This document shows positions 26,811 to 35,402 of a stretch of DNA of 50,565 nucleotides, piece by piece. The stretch is taken from the NCBI GenBank assembly GCA_052386775.1, contig JBQTJV010000041.1, positions 1 to 50,565 on the forward strand, read 5' to 3'. Source of the stretch: Betaproteobacteria bacterium. Its GTDB lineage: Bacteria; Pseudomonadota; Gammaproteobacteria; Burkholderiales; SG8-41. Position numbers and translations under genes: made by a program. The notes beneath the pieces are model-generated. The model saw only the letters and a program-made list of their open reading frames with translations, was not told the DNA's origin and made no database searches. The number at the start of each line of letters is the position of its first letter. Position 1 is the stretch's first letter.

Positions 26811-27737
26811 ATGCACGGATCGCTGGATGACCTGAAAGTCGAAGTCGACATGCTGACGCCGGAAGGCGAGCGCATCGTCGGCAGGAACCCGCCGCTCGAC
26901 ATCATCGCGCGCGACATCATCTTCGGCGAGGGTCCCGTGTGGGACAACCGCGCGAAGCAGCTCTATTTCACCGACATCATCGGCGACACGATCTGGAAAT
27001 GGACGCCGAAGGTGGGGCTCGAAGCGGTGATGATGCCTTCCGCCAAGGCGGACGGCCTGGCGCTCGATCTCGAGTATCGTGTCCTCGTGGCAGGATGGGG
27101 CGGGCGCACGGTGTTCCGCATCGAAAAGGATGGCTCGCGCACCGTCCTCGCCGATCGCTGGGAAGGAAAAAAACTCTCCAGCCCGAACGACATCATCGTC
27201 AGCAAGGATGGCGCCATCTGGTTCACCGATCCGGTCGGCGGACTGCTCAACGTGGGCCTGGTGCACGAGGACCTGCAGCGCTACCACGACAAGCAGCCGG
27301 TGTTCCGCATCTCGCCGGACGGCAAGAAGATGACGCTCGTTACCGACGAGATCGTCTATCCCAACGGTCTCTGTTTCTCGCCCGACGAGAAGCTGCTCTA
27401 CGTTAACTGCAGTCGCGAGCGGCTGATCCGCGTGTACGACGTGAAGCCCGACGGCAGTTGCAGCGGCAAGGGCCGGCTCTTCTATCAGTACGGCGGGCCG
27501 GAGCGCGGCGTGCCCGATGGCATGAAGTGCGATATTGAAGGCAACGTGTATTGCACCGGCCCGGGCGGCATCTTCGTGCACGATCCGTCGGGCAAGGTGC
27601 TGGCGCGCATCCGCACGCCGGGTCACCACCCGACCAACTTCGCGTGGGGCGACGACGACTGGAAGTCGCTCTACATCACCAACATCGGCTCCGTGGTGCG
27701 CACGCGGCTGAACATACCCGGTGTTCCGGGACGCTGA
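26811..27737 (+). CDS. SMP-30/gluconolactonase/LRE family protein
   Basis: GEGPVWDNRAKQLYFTDI, NDIIVSKDGAIWFTDP and PNGLCFSPDEKLLYV are typical six-bladed propeller lactonase motifs. ATG is preceded by AAGGAG. Confidence 0.8.
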   Translation: MHGSLDDLKVEVDMLTPEGERIVGRNPPLDIIARDIIFGEGPVWDNRAKQLYFTDIIGDTIWKWTPKVGLEAVMMPSAKADGLALDLEYRVLVAGWGGRTVFRIEKDGSRTVLADRWEGKKLSSPNDIIVSKDGAIWFTDPVGGLLNVGLVHEDLQRYHDKQPVFRISPDGKKMTLVTDEIVYPNGLCFSPDEKLLYVNCSRERLIRVYDVKPDGSCSGKGRLFYQYGGPERGVPDGMKCDIEGNVYCTGPGGIFVHDPSGKVLARIRTPGHHPTNFAWGDDDWKSLYITNIGSVVRTRLNIPGVPGR

Positions 27738-27748
27738 CGGAGGAAATC

Positions 27749-28633
27749 ATGGCGTGGAATTTCGAACAGGTGGCGGGGCCGTACAAAGGCAGAACGGGCG
27801 GACTCGCCTGGGATGGTAGCGGCATGCTCTTCAGCGCAGTGCAGGAGGAGCAGATACTGCGTTACGACCCGCGCAGCGGGAAGACCGAGGTGTTCCGCAA
27901 GTACACCGGCCGCACTAACGGCCTCGCGCTGGCCAAAGACGGTACCGTGTATGGTGCGCAGGAAGGCGGGCGGCGCGTGGTGCACTTCCGCAAGGACGGC
28001 TCCACGGGTGCGCTGCCCGATCTCCTAGAGGGCAGACACCACAACCAGCCGACCGACCTGATCGTGGACAGCAAGGGCCGCGTGTGGTTTGCCGACGCCT
28101 ACAACGCGCAGGTGCCGTACGGTCCGCCGGTCTATCCGATGCTGGATCACGCGTCGGTGCTGCGCCTGCAGCCGGCGAACGATGGCTGGCGCATGGTGCG
28201 CATCACGCACGACACCTCCGGCCCGCGCGCGATCCTGCTCTCCGCCGACGAGAAGATGCTGTTCGTGGCCGATGGCGACGCGGAGCGCGGCAACCTGCAG
28301 CGGCTGTGCTCCTATCCGGTGAAGGAAGATGGCGAACTCGGACACGTCAAGGTCATGATCGATTTCGTGGTGGTCGAACGCGGCATCGAGGGCATGTGCC
28401 TTGCGAGCGACGGCAATATCATTGCGTGCGCCGGCTGGAAGAAAGCGGGTGTCGGGCCGATGCTCTATGTCATCTCGCCGGCCGGAACCATCCTCGAATC
28501 CCATCCCGCGCCCGCCGACCTGCCGATGCGTGTCGCCTTCGGCGATGAAGGCCTGTCGAGCCTCTATCTCACCGCAGGCGATGGCGGGCTCTATCGCGCG
28601 AAGGATACGGGGCGGCGTGGTCTGCGGCGTTGA
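27749..28633 (+). CDS. SMP-30/gluconolactonase/LRE family protein (second, divergent copy)
   Basis: GGLAWDGSGMLFS, TNGLALAKDGTVYG, PTDLIVDSKGRVWFAD, PRAILLSADEKMLFVAD. ATG 27749 is preceded by GGAGGA. Confidence 0.75.
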   Translation: MAWNFEQVAGPYKGRTGGLAWDGSGMLFSAVQEEQILRYDPRSGKTEVFRKYTGRTNGLALAKDGTVYGAQEGGRRVVHFRKDGSTGALPDLLEGRHHNQPTDLIVDSKGRVWFADAYNAQVPYGPPVYPMLDHASVLRLQPANDGWRMVRITHDTSGPRAILLSADEKMLFVADGDAERGNLQRLCSYPVKEDGELGHVKVMIDFVVVERGIEGMCLASDGNIIACAGWKKAGVGPMLYVISPAGTILESHPAPADLPMRVAFGDEGLSSLYLTAGDGGLYRAKDTGRRGLRR

Positions 28634-28793
28634 AACGCTTAGACGCAGAGGACGAGAAGGACGCAAAGGAAGGATCAGGGATAACAGTCATGTTTGCTTC
28701 ACTCCAGTCCGTCGGTAGCGGTTTTTGTCCTGTCTTTCATTTGTGTTCTCTGTTTTTTCTTCGCGGCCTCTGCGTCCTTTGCGTTATTGCTTT
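28632..28793. repeat. MITE-like palindromic element, copy 2 (~162 bp)
   Basis: Left arm agacgcagaggacgagaaggacgcaaagga (28641-28670). Right arm cctctgcgtcctttgcgt (28767-28784). Both ends align with copy 1 (30/38 and 25/27). Same orientation and same position relative to a Bug gene. Confidence 0.7.
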
Positions 28794-29709
28794 TTCCACA
28801 GCAGCGGCGGCGCAAAGCTATCCCGCGAGACCGATCCGCATCATCGCGCTCAGTTCGCCCGGATCCGGTCCCGACATCGTCGGGCGCCTCATCGGAGCCA
28901 AACTTACCGAGGCGTGGGGGCAGCAGGTGGTGGTCGACCCGCGGCCCGCGGCGACCGGCATCGTCGGCTCCGAGATCGCGTCGAAGGCGGCGCCCGACGG
29001 CCACACGCTGGTGATCTTCACGGCGCAGGCCGTAATCGTCTCGATCATGTACGACAAGCTATCGTACAGCCTGGCGCGGGATTTCACGCCGATCACCTTC
29101 ATCGCCTCCACACCGTTCATACTCGCCGTCAATCCTTCGGTTCCGGCGCATTCCGTGAAGGAACTTGTCGCGCTCGCGAAATCCAGGCCCGGCGCACTGC
29201 GCTACGGCTCGGGCGGCTCCGGCTCGCCGCCGCATCTCTCGGCGGAACTCTTCAAGAGCATGACCGGCATCGACATGCTGCACGTTCCGTACAAAGGGGT
29301 GACTCCCGCGATGGTGGATACCGTGGCGGGGCAGGTTCAGATGGTCATCTCCGTGATCCCTGCGGTGCTGCCGACCATCAAGTCGGGAAAGCTGCGTGCA
29401 CTCGGCGTTACCAGCGCGGCCCGCACCGCGCTCGTTCCCGACATCCCCCCCATGGGGGATACGGTGCCGGGTTACGAATTCATAGGCTGGTACAGCCTGT
29501 TCGCGCCCGCCAGAACGCCCCCTGCCATCGTCAACAAGCTCAACGCGGAGGTCGGCAAAGCGTTACAAACGCCGGAATTCCGTGAGCGTTTCATCGCGCT
29601 CGGGGCCGAGCCCAAACCCTCGACGCCACAGGATATGACGCAAATTCTGAAAACGCAGACGGAGAAGATGCGCAAGGCCGTGCAGGATTCCGGCGCCCGC
29701 CCCGATTAG
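28690..29709 (+). CDS. Bug family (TctC-like) substrate-binding protein with its 5' end inside the repeat element
   Basis: ATG 28690 lies inside the element. The signal-peptide core LRGLCVLCVIAF is encoded by the right arm. Mature part has YPARPIRIIALSSPGSGPD, PDGHTLVI, HVPYKGV. Confidence 0.85.
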   Translation: MFASLQSVGSGFCPVFHLCSLFFLRGLCVLCVIAFSTAAAAQSYPARPIRIIALSSPGSGPDIVGRLIGAKLTEAWGQQVVVDPRPAATGIVGSEIASKAAPDGHTLVIFTAQAVIVSIMYDKLSYSLARDFTPITFIASTPFILAVNPSVPAHSVKELVALAKSRPGALRYGSGGSGSPPHLSAELFKSMTGIDMLHVPYKGVTPAMVDTVAGQVQMVISVIPAVLPTIKSGKLRALGVTSAARTALVPDIPPMGDTVPGYEFIGWYSLFAPARTPPAIVNKLNAEVGKALQTPEFRERFIALGAEPKPSTPQDMTQILKTQTEKMRKAVQDSGARPD

Positions 29710-29735
29710 AAAGTTAGAGTACGCCGTTCATGGTT

Positions 29736-29820
29736 CCCTTCGACTATAGCTCAGGACAGGCTCAAGCTCACCAGAAACGGCTTTCTGAAACAACCGTTCG
29801 CCCTGAGCATCGTCGAAGGG
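29736..29820. repeat. REP-like palindromic unit (type B relative)
   Basis: Inverted repeat CCCTTCGACTATAGCTCAGG (29736-29755) and CCTGAGCATCGTCGAAGGG (29802-29820). The internal CCGTTCGCCCTGAGC (29794-29808) matches CCGTTCGTGCTGAG at 18869-18882 (12/14). Confidence 0.55.
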
Positions 29821-29851
29821 CGAGCAGTTATTGTTCACCGGAAGGACAGGT

Positions 29852-31552
29852 ATGCCCAGGATGACCGGCTCGCGCCTTTTCGCCGAGATGCTTCACGGCT
29901 ACGGCGTCACGCACGTTTTCTTTGTTCCCACCATCCTCATGGATGCGCTTGCCGAGATGGACGACATCGGCATCCGCAAAGTGATGACCCACGGCGAAAA
30001 GGCCGCCGCCTACATGGCGGACGGCTATGCGCGCGCGAAGGGCGCCCCCGGCGTTTGCATGGCGCAGCAGATCGGCGCCTCCAACGTCGCTGCAGGTCTG
30101 CGTGACCCGTACATGGCGGGCACGCCGCTGATCGTCATCACGGGTGGCTCCACCGTCGGGGGCCGCTACCGCCACGCCTACCAGGAAGTGGAGGACTTCA
30201 GCCAGTTCGATGCCGTGACCAAGCTCAACATCCAGCTCGACGAGATCTCACGCCTGCCGGATCTGCTGCGGCAGCTGTTCCGCGCGGCGACGTCGGGCGC
30301 TCCCGGGCCGGTGCACCTGCGGCTCCGCGGCTCGCATGGGCAGAACATCGAAGTGGAAGCGGACCTCGAACCGCTCGTCGCCGAGCGCTTTGCCCGCGTG
30401 CCGCCGTTTCGCCCGGCGCCCGAACCCGAGGCGGTCCGCGAGGCCGTGGCGCTGCTCGCGAAGGCGCAGCGCCCGATCATCGTGGCCGGCGGCGGCGTGG
30501 TGACATCCGGCGCGCGCGCGGAACTGGTGCAGCTCGCAGAGAAGCTGCGGATTCCCGTAGCCACCTCGCTGACCGCCAAGGACGTGATCCCGGACAGCCA
30601 TCCGCTCGCTGTCGGCGTCGTCGGTGTCTATTCGCGCGCGTGTGCGAATCAGGCTGTCTCCGAAGCCGACCTGGTTTTCTTCGCTGGCGCGCATGCGGGC
30701 GGGCAGGTCACTGCCAATTGGCGCATACCCGCCATCGGCACGCCCGTCATCCAGCTCGACATCGATCCCCAGCAGCTCGGCAGGAATTATCCCAACACCG
30801 TTTCGCTCCACGCCGACGCAAAGGTGGGCCTGCGGCACATGGGCGATGCGGCGCCGGCGAACACGCCCGAAGCGGCGAAAGCGTGGACATCGCGGATAAA
30901 AGAGCTGGTCGGCCAATGGCGTGAAGGCGCGGACCGCATGCGCAATTCCGACGTCGTGCCGCTGCGTCCGGAACGCATCTGCAAAGAGATCACCGAAGCA
31001 TTGCCCGCGGATGGCGTTGTGGTATCCGACACCGGGCACGCCGGCATGTGGACCGGGCAGATGATCGAGATCACCCGGCCCGCACAACGCTACATCCGCT
31101 GTGAAGGCTCGCTCGGATGGGGATTGCCGGGCGCCATGGGCGTCAAGTGCGCGTTGCCCGATCGGCCGGTGGTGCTGTTCACGGGCGACGGGGGGATCTA
31201 TTACCACCTCGCCGAACTCGAGACCGCTGCGCGGCACGGCATCAACCTGGTGGTGATCGTCAACAACAACAATTCGCTCAACCAGGAGATCCCGCTGGTG
31301 AAAGCGGCATACCGCGAGAAGCGCGACACGCTGTCGGGCGAGATCTGGCGCTTCCAGAAGGGCATCAATCTCGCGCGCGTCGCCGAGGAGCTCGGCTGCG
31401 CCGGGTTCCGGGTCGAAAAACCCGGTGAAGTGAAACAATTGCTGCCGAAGGCTTTTGCGATGGGCAAGCCGGTAGTGATCGACGTGGCGAGCGAAGAGCA
31501 GGCGCTGGCGCCGATTGCGTGGCTGCCCGGCGGCGCGCCCCGCGGGCATTAG
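29852..31552 (+). CDS. Thiamine diphosphate-dependent enzyme (acetolactate synthase-like family), paralog 3
   Basis: MPRMTGSRLFAEMLHGYGVTHVFFVP, HGEKAAAYMADGYARAKGAPGVCM, GDGGIYYH...VNNN. Confidence 0.88.
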   Translation: MPRMTGSRLFAEMLHGYGVTHVFFVPTILMDALAEMDDIGIRKVMTHGEKAAAYMADGYARAKGAPGVCMAQQIGASNVAAGLRDPYMAGTPLIVITGGSTVGGRYRHAYQEVEDFSQFDAVTKLNIQLDEISRLPDLLRQLFRAATSGAPGPVHLRLRGSHGQNIEVEADLEPLVAERFARVPPFRPAPEPEAVREAVALLAKAQRPIIVAGGGVVTSGARAELVQLAEKLRIPVATSLTAKDVIPDSHPLAVGVVGVYSRACANQAVSEADLVFFAGAHAGGQVTANWRIPAIGTPVIQLDIDPQQLGRNYPNTVSLHADAKVGLRHMGDAAPANTPEAAKAWTSRIKELVGQWREGADRMRNSDVVPLRPERICKEITEALPADGVVVSDTGHAGMWTGQMIEITRPAQRYIRCEGSLGWGLPGAMGVKCALPDRPVVLFTGDGGIYYHLAELETAARHGINLVVIVNNNNSLNQEIPLVKAAYREKRDTLSGEIWRFQKGINLARVAEELGCAGFRVEKPGEVKQLLPKAFAMGKPVVIDVASEEQALAPIAWLPGGAPRGH

Positions 31553-31632
31553 GCGAAGACTCCCCTGCGGGCTCCGCAACGCTTCACCATGCGGTGATGA
31601 GCACCCAGCGTAACGAACCAAGGAGGACTGAA

Positions 31633-32619
31633 GTGAAACTCGTGAAGCACTCGGCGGCCATCCTGGCCGCAGGTTTTCTGGTGACGCTGCCGCCGCTCGC
31701 CGTGGCGCAGGGCGCCGCGGCCGCTTATCCGTCCAAGCCCATCCGGTTGATCGTCCCGCTCGCCGCGGGCGGTCCGAGCGACACGATGGCGCGCACGCTG
31801 GCCCAGAAGTTGAGCGAAGTCGTGAAGCAGAACGTCATCGTGGACAACCGGCCCGGCGCGAGCGGCATCATCGGCACGGAGCTGGTCGCCAAGTCGCCGC
31901 CGGACGGTTACACCCTGCTGCTCGTCTCCACGGCGGTGTCGATCAACCCGAGCCTGTACAAGAAACTGCCGTACGACACACTCAAGGATCTGACCGGCGT
32001 GGCGCTCCTCGCGGCCGCCCCGTACATGCTTGCGGTCCATCCGTCGCTGCCGGTAAAGAACGTGAAGCAATTGATCGCGCTCGCCAAGGCGCGGCCGGGT
32101 GAACTCAATCACGCCTCCGGCGGCAGCGGCACCGGCCCGCACCTCGGCATGGAGGTCTTCATGCAGCGCACCGGCATCAAGGTCGTGCACGTGACTTACA
32201 AGGGCGGTGGGCCGGCACTGAACGATTTCATCGCCGGCCAGACGCAGGTCTACATGGGCAACATGCTAACGCTGTATCCGCAGGTCAAATCCGGCCGTGC
32301 CCGCGCGCTGGCCGTGACGTCGGCCAAGCGCTCGCCGGCCGCACCCGAAATTCCGACCGTCGCGGAGTCCGGCGTTCCGGGATTCGAGGAAGGCGGGCAG
32401 CATGGCATCGTTGCGCCCTCCGGCGTGCCCAAGGATATCCTCGCCAAACTGAACCGCGATATCGTCACTGCCATGCGATTCCCGGACATCGTCAAGCGCC
32501 TTGCCGTGGAGGGCTCGGAAGTGGTCGCGAGTACGCCGGAAGAATACGATGCGGTGATCCGCCGCGATATCGCGAAGTGGGCGAAGATCATCGGCGCGGC
32601 CGGCATCACGGCGCAGTGA
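31633..32619 (+). CDS. Bug family (TctC-like) substrate-binding protein
   Basis: GTG 31633 lies 6 nt after AAGGAGGA. Signal peptide, then YPSKPIRLIVPLAAGGPSD, VDNRPGASG, PDGYTLLL, HVTYKGG. An upstream ATG at 31597 is possible. Confidence 0.88.
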   Translation: MKLVKHSAAILAAGFLVTLPPLAVAQGAAAAYPSKPIRLIVPLAAGGPSDTMARTLAQKLSEVVKQNVIVDNRPGASGIIGTELVAKSPPDGYTLLLVSTAVSINPSLYKKLPYDTLKDLTGVALLAAAPYMLAVHPSLPVKNVKQLIALAKARPGELNHASGGSGTGPHLGMEVFMQRTGIKVVHVTYKGGGPALNDFIAGQTQVYMGNMLTLYPQVKSGRARALAVTSAKRSPAAPEIPTVAESGVPGFEEGGQHGIVAPSGVPKDILAKLNRDIVTAMRFPDIVKRLAVEGSEVVASTPEEYDAVIRRDIAKWAKIIGAAGITAQ

Positions 32620-32636
32620 AGCGCTCCGGAGATCCC

Positions 32637-33497
32637 ATGAGCGGGTTTCGCGACATGCTCGCCGGCAAGGAAGCCTATCTCGCCCCGGCGGTCTTCAACC
32701 CGCTGTCGGCGAAACTGGCAGAGCAGGCGGGTTTCAACATGCTCTACCTCGGCGGCGGCACGCTCGGCTATCTCAAGTGCTGCCTCGAGGCGAACCTCAA
32801 CCTGACCGAGGTGGTGCAGGCCGGCCTCGAAATCCGTGCGGTTACCACCTTGCCGCTCATCCTCGATGCGGCCTGTGGTTTCGGCGACCCGATGCACATG
32901 CATCACACGATTGCGCTCGCGGAGGCGGCCGGGTTCTGCGCGATCGAGATCGAGGACCAGCTCATCCCCAAGCGCGCGCATCATCACATCGGCGTCGAGC
33001 ACATGATTCCGCAGGAGCTGATGGTCGCGAAAATTCGCGAGGCGGTGCGCGCCCGGCGCAACATCGATTTCGTGATCGCAGCGCGCACCAATGCCGTTCG
33101 GCAAACCGGCATGGACGATGCCGTAGCGCGTGGCCTGGCGTACCGCGAAGCCGGCGCCGACATGCTGTACATCGCGCCCCGCAGTCCGGACGAAGCGAGA
33201 GAGATCGCGAAGCGATTGCCGCCGCCTTTCATGTTTTCGTACGAGAGCAGTGGCGATCGTGCCGGCGCCGGGCTGAGCGTCCGGGAACTGGGCGCGCTGG
33301 GTTACCGCGTGCTTACCGTGGCCAATACGGCGCTGCCGTTTCACCGCGCCATGAAGCAGACCTACGAGGCGATTGCCCGCGGCGAGCAGAATCCGGTGAT
33401 GGCGGGCACCACCGGCAAATCGGAACAGGCGGCGCTGCACCGGACGATCGGCTTCGATGCGTTGATCGCGATCGAAAAGGCCACCGTCGAGAAATAG
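32637..33497 (+). CDS. Isocitrate lyase/PEP mutase superfamily protein (atypical active-site loop)
   Basis: PAVFNPLSAKLAEQAGF, LPLILDAACGFGD and IEIEDQLIPKRAHHH are collinear with remembered PrpB IEDQVGAKRCGH, but Ala replaces the catalytic Cys. Confidence 0.8.
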   Translation: MSGFRDMLAGKEAYLAPAVFNPLSAKLAEQAGFNMLYLGGGTLGYLKCCLEANLNLTEVVQAGLEIRAVTTLPLILDAACGFGDPMHMHHTIALAEAAGFCAIEIEDQLIPKRAHHHIGVEHMIPQELMVAKIREAVRARRNIDFVIAARTNAVRQTGMDDAVARGLAYREAGADMLYIAPRSPDEAREIAKRLPPPFMFSYESSGDRAGAGLSVRELGALGYRVLTVANTALPFHRAMKQTYEAIARGEQNPVMAGTTGKSEQAALHRTIGFDALIAIEKATVEK

Positions 33498-33552
33498 CGC
33501 CTGGCCGGGTTGGTTTGCGGGCGAAGTGCAGTCCAAACAGAACGGAGAAAGC

Positions 33553-34527
33553 ATGGAGCGACGGTTCGTCCCTTTGCTTGGCGCGATACTGCTGGGCGCG
33601 ACAGCGCCCGGAGCGGCCGAGGCCCAGCAGAACTATCCGGTGCGGTCGGTTCGCCTGGTGGTGCCCTCTTCGCCGGGGGGCGGTACCGACATCACGGCGC
33701 GCATCCTCGCGCCCAAGCTTTCCGAGTACCTGGGCCAGCCGGTCGTGGTGGAAAACCGCGCCGGCGCGGGGACCATGATCGGCGGGGAGGTGGTTGCCCG
33801 TGCCGCGCCTGACGGTTACACGCTGCTGATGGGCATCAGCACGCTGGCCATCAACCCGGCGATGTACCGCAAAGTGCCGTACGACGCACTCAAGGATTTT
33901 GTGCCGATCAGCCAAGTGGTGGCGCTGCCCAACATGCTGGTCACGCATCCGTCGCTGCCGGTGAATTCCGTGAAGGAGCTGGTTTCGTTCGCCCGTGCGC
34001 GTCCTGGCCAGATCAATTTTGCGTCGGCAGGGGTCGGCACCAACCCGCATTTGTCCATGGAACTGTTTCTTTCGATGGCCGGCGTAAAGATGGTCCACGT
34101 CCCGTACAAGGGTTCGGGGCAGGGCGTGATCGATCTCCTCGCCGGGCACGTTTCGGTAATGACTCCCAGCATTCTGACCGCGCTCGGTTACGCCCGGGCC
34201 AGCCGGCTGCGCGCGCTCGGCGTGACGAGCGCAAAACGCGCGAGCGGTGCGCCCGATATTCCGACGATCGCGGAAGCCGGCGTTCCGGGATACGAAGCGG
34301 TGCAGTGGTTCGGTGTGCTCGCTCCGGCCGGGACGCCCCAGACCATCATCACGCGGCTGCATAAGGAAATCGTACGCACGATACGGGCTCCCGAAATCGG
34401 CCAGAAACTGGTGAGCGATGGCGCCGATCCGGTGGGCAGTTCCCCCGATGAGTTCGCAGCATTCCTGCGCTCGGAAACGACCAAGTGGGCCCGGGTTGCG
34501 CAGGAAGTGGGCATAAAGCCCGAGTAG
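33553..34527 (+). CDS. Bug family (TctC-like) substrate-binding protein
   Basis: MERRFVPLLGAILLGATAPGAAEAQ signal, then YPVRSVRLVVPSSPGGGTD, VENRAGAG, PDGYTLLM, HVPYKGS. Confidence 0.88.
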   Translation: MERRFVPLLGAILLGATAPGAAEAQQNYPVRSVRLVVPSSPGGGTDITARILAPKLSEYLGQPVVVENRAGAGTMIGGEVVARAAPDGYTLLMGISTLAINPAMYRKVPYDALKDFVPISQVVALPNMLVTHPSLPVNSVKELVSFARARPGQINFASAGVGTNPHLSMELFLSMAGVKMVHVPYKGSGQGVIDLLAGHVSVMTPSILTALGYARASRLRALGVTSAKRASGAPDIPTIAEAGVPGYEAVQWFGVLAPAGTPQTIITRLHKEIVRTIRAPEIGQKLVSDGADPVGSSPDEFAAFLRSETTKWARVAQEVGIKPE

Positions 34528-34562
34528 CGGCCAAGCGTGCCCACAGGCGTTGGAATGGCGAC

Positions 34563-35045
34563 ATGACAGATAGCGAGCTGTCGTTTCGGAAGGCCGAGCG
34601 CTCCGATCTCGCGCAGTTGATTAGGTTGCTTGCCGACGATCCGCTGGGATCCAGGCGCGAGCGGTTCGAGACGCCGCTGCCCGGGTCATATCTCGAGGCC
34701 TTCAATGCCATCGCAGCCGATCCGAACAACGAGCTTGTGGTGGCGTGCGTCGAGGGCCGGGTCGTCGGCATGCTGCAACTTACCTTTATCTTCTATCTGA
34801 CGTATCAGGGCGGCTGGCGTGCACTGGTGGAAGGCGTGAGAATCGACGCCAGCGTGCGCTCGCTTGGCCTGGGCAAGGCACTGCTGCAGTGGGCCATCAA
34901 TCGGGCGCGCGAACGGCGCTGCCACATGGTCCAGCTCACCACTGACAAGACGCGGCCCGAGGTGATGCGCTTCTATGAAGCGCTGGGTTTCGAGGCGACG
35001 CACGAAGGCATGAAGCTCCATCTAACCGTGCATGGCGCGTCGTGA
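34563..35045 (+). CDS. GNAT family N-acetyltransferase
   Basis: Acetyl-CoA binding motif VRSLGLGKALLQWAI (R-x-x-G-x-G) and C-terminal FYEALGFE. 160 aa from ATG 34563. Confidence 0.8.
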   Translation: MTDSELSFRKAERSDLAQLIRLLADDPLGSRRERFETPLPGSYLEAFNAIAADPNNELVVACVEGRVVGMLQLTFIFYLTYQGGWRALVEGVRIDASVRSLGLGKALLQWAINRARERRCHMVQLTTDKTRPEVMRFYEALGFEATHEGMKLHLTVHGAS

Positions 35046-35105
35046 TCGTTTATTGAATCAGCGCGCTTGCCGACGGTCGAACTGTTGAGGCGAAGAGAGG
35101 CGTAT

Positions 35106-35387
35106 ATGAAAGCGATCTGGAACGGGCAAGTCATCGCCGACTCCGACGACACCGTCGTCGTCGAAGGCAATCACTACTTTCCGCGCAGCGCGGTCAACGA
35201 CGAATTTCTGGAGCCGAGTGCGACCACGACGGTGTGCGGATGGAAAGGCACGGCCAACTATTTCGGCCTGAGCGTCGATGGCGAGCGCAACCCGGACGCG
35301 GCGTGGTACTACGCGGAGCCCAAGGACGCCGCGAAAGAGATCAAGGGGCGCGTCGCGTTCTGGAAGGGCGTGAAGGTTACGCCGTAA
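35106..35387 (+). CDS. DUF427 domain protein
   Basis: 93 aa. VVEGNHYFP, CGWKGTANYF and AWYYAEP match the remembered DUF427 pattern. Confidence 0.7.
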   Translation: MKAIWNGQVIADSDDTVVVEGNHYFPRSAVNDEFLEPSATTTVCGWKGTANYFGLSVDGERNPDAAWYYAEPKDAAKEIKGRVAFWKGVKVTP

Positions 35388-35402
35388 GGACGCGCGCCTG
35401 GG

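Noticed and set aside
29852-33497. Phosphonate biosynthesis (PEP mutase plus ThDP phosphonopyruvate decarboxylase)
   Set aside because: The ICL/PEPM-family protein lacks the PEP mutase EDK-x5-NS signature (it reads EDQLIPKRA). The ThDP enzyme is a full-length ALS-like protein rather than a Ppd-type decarboxylase.
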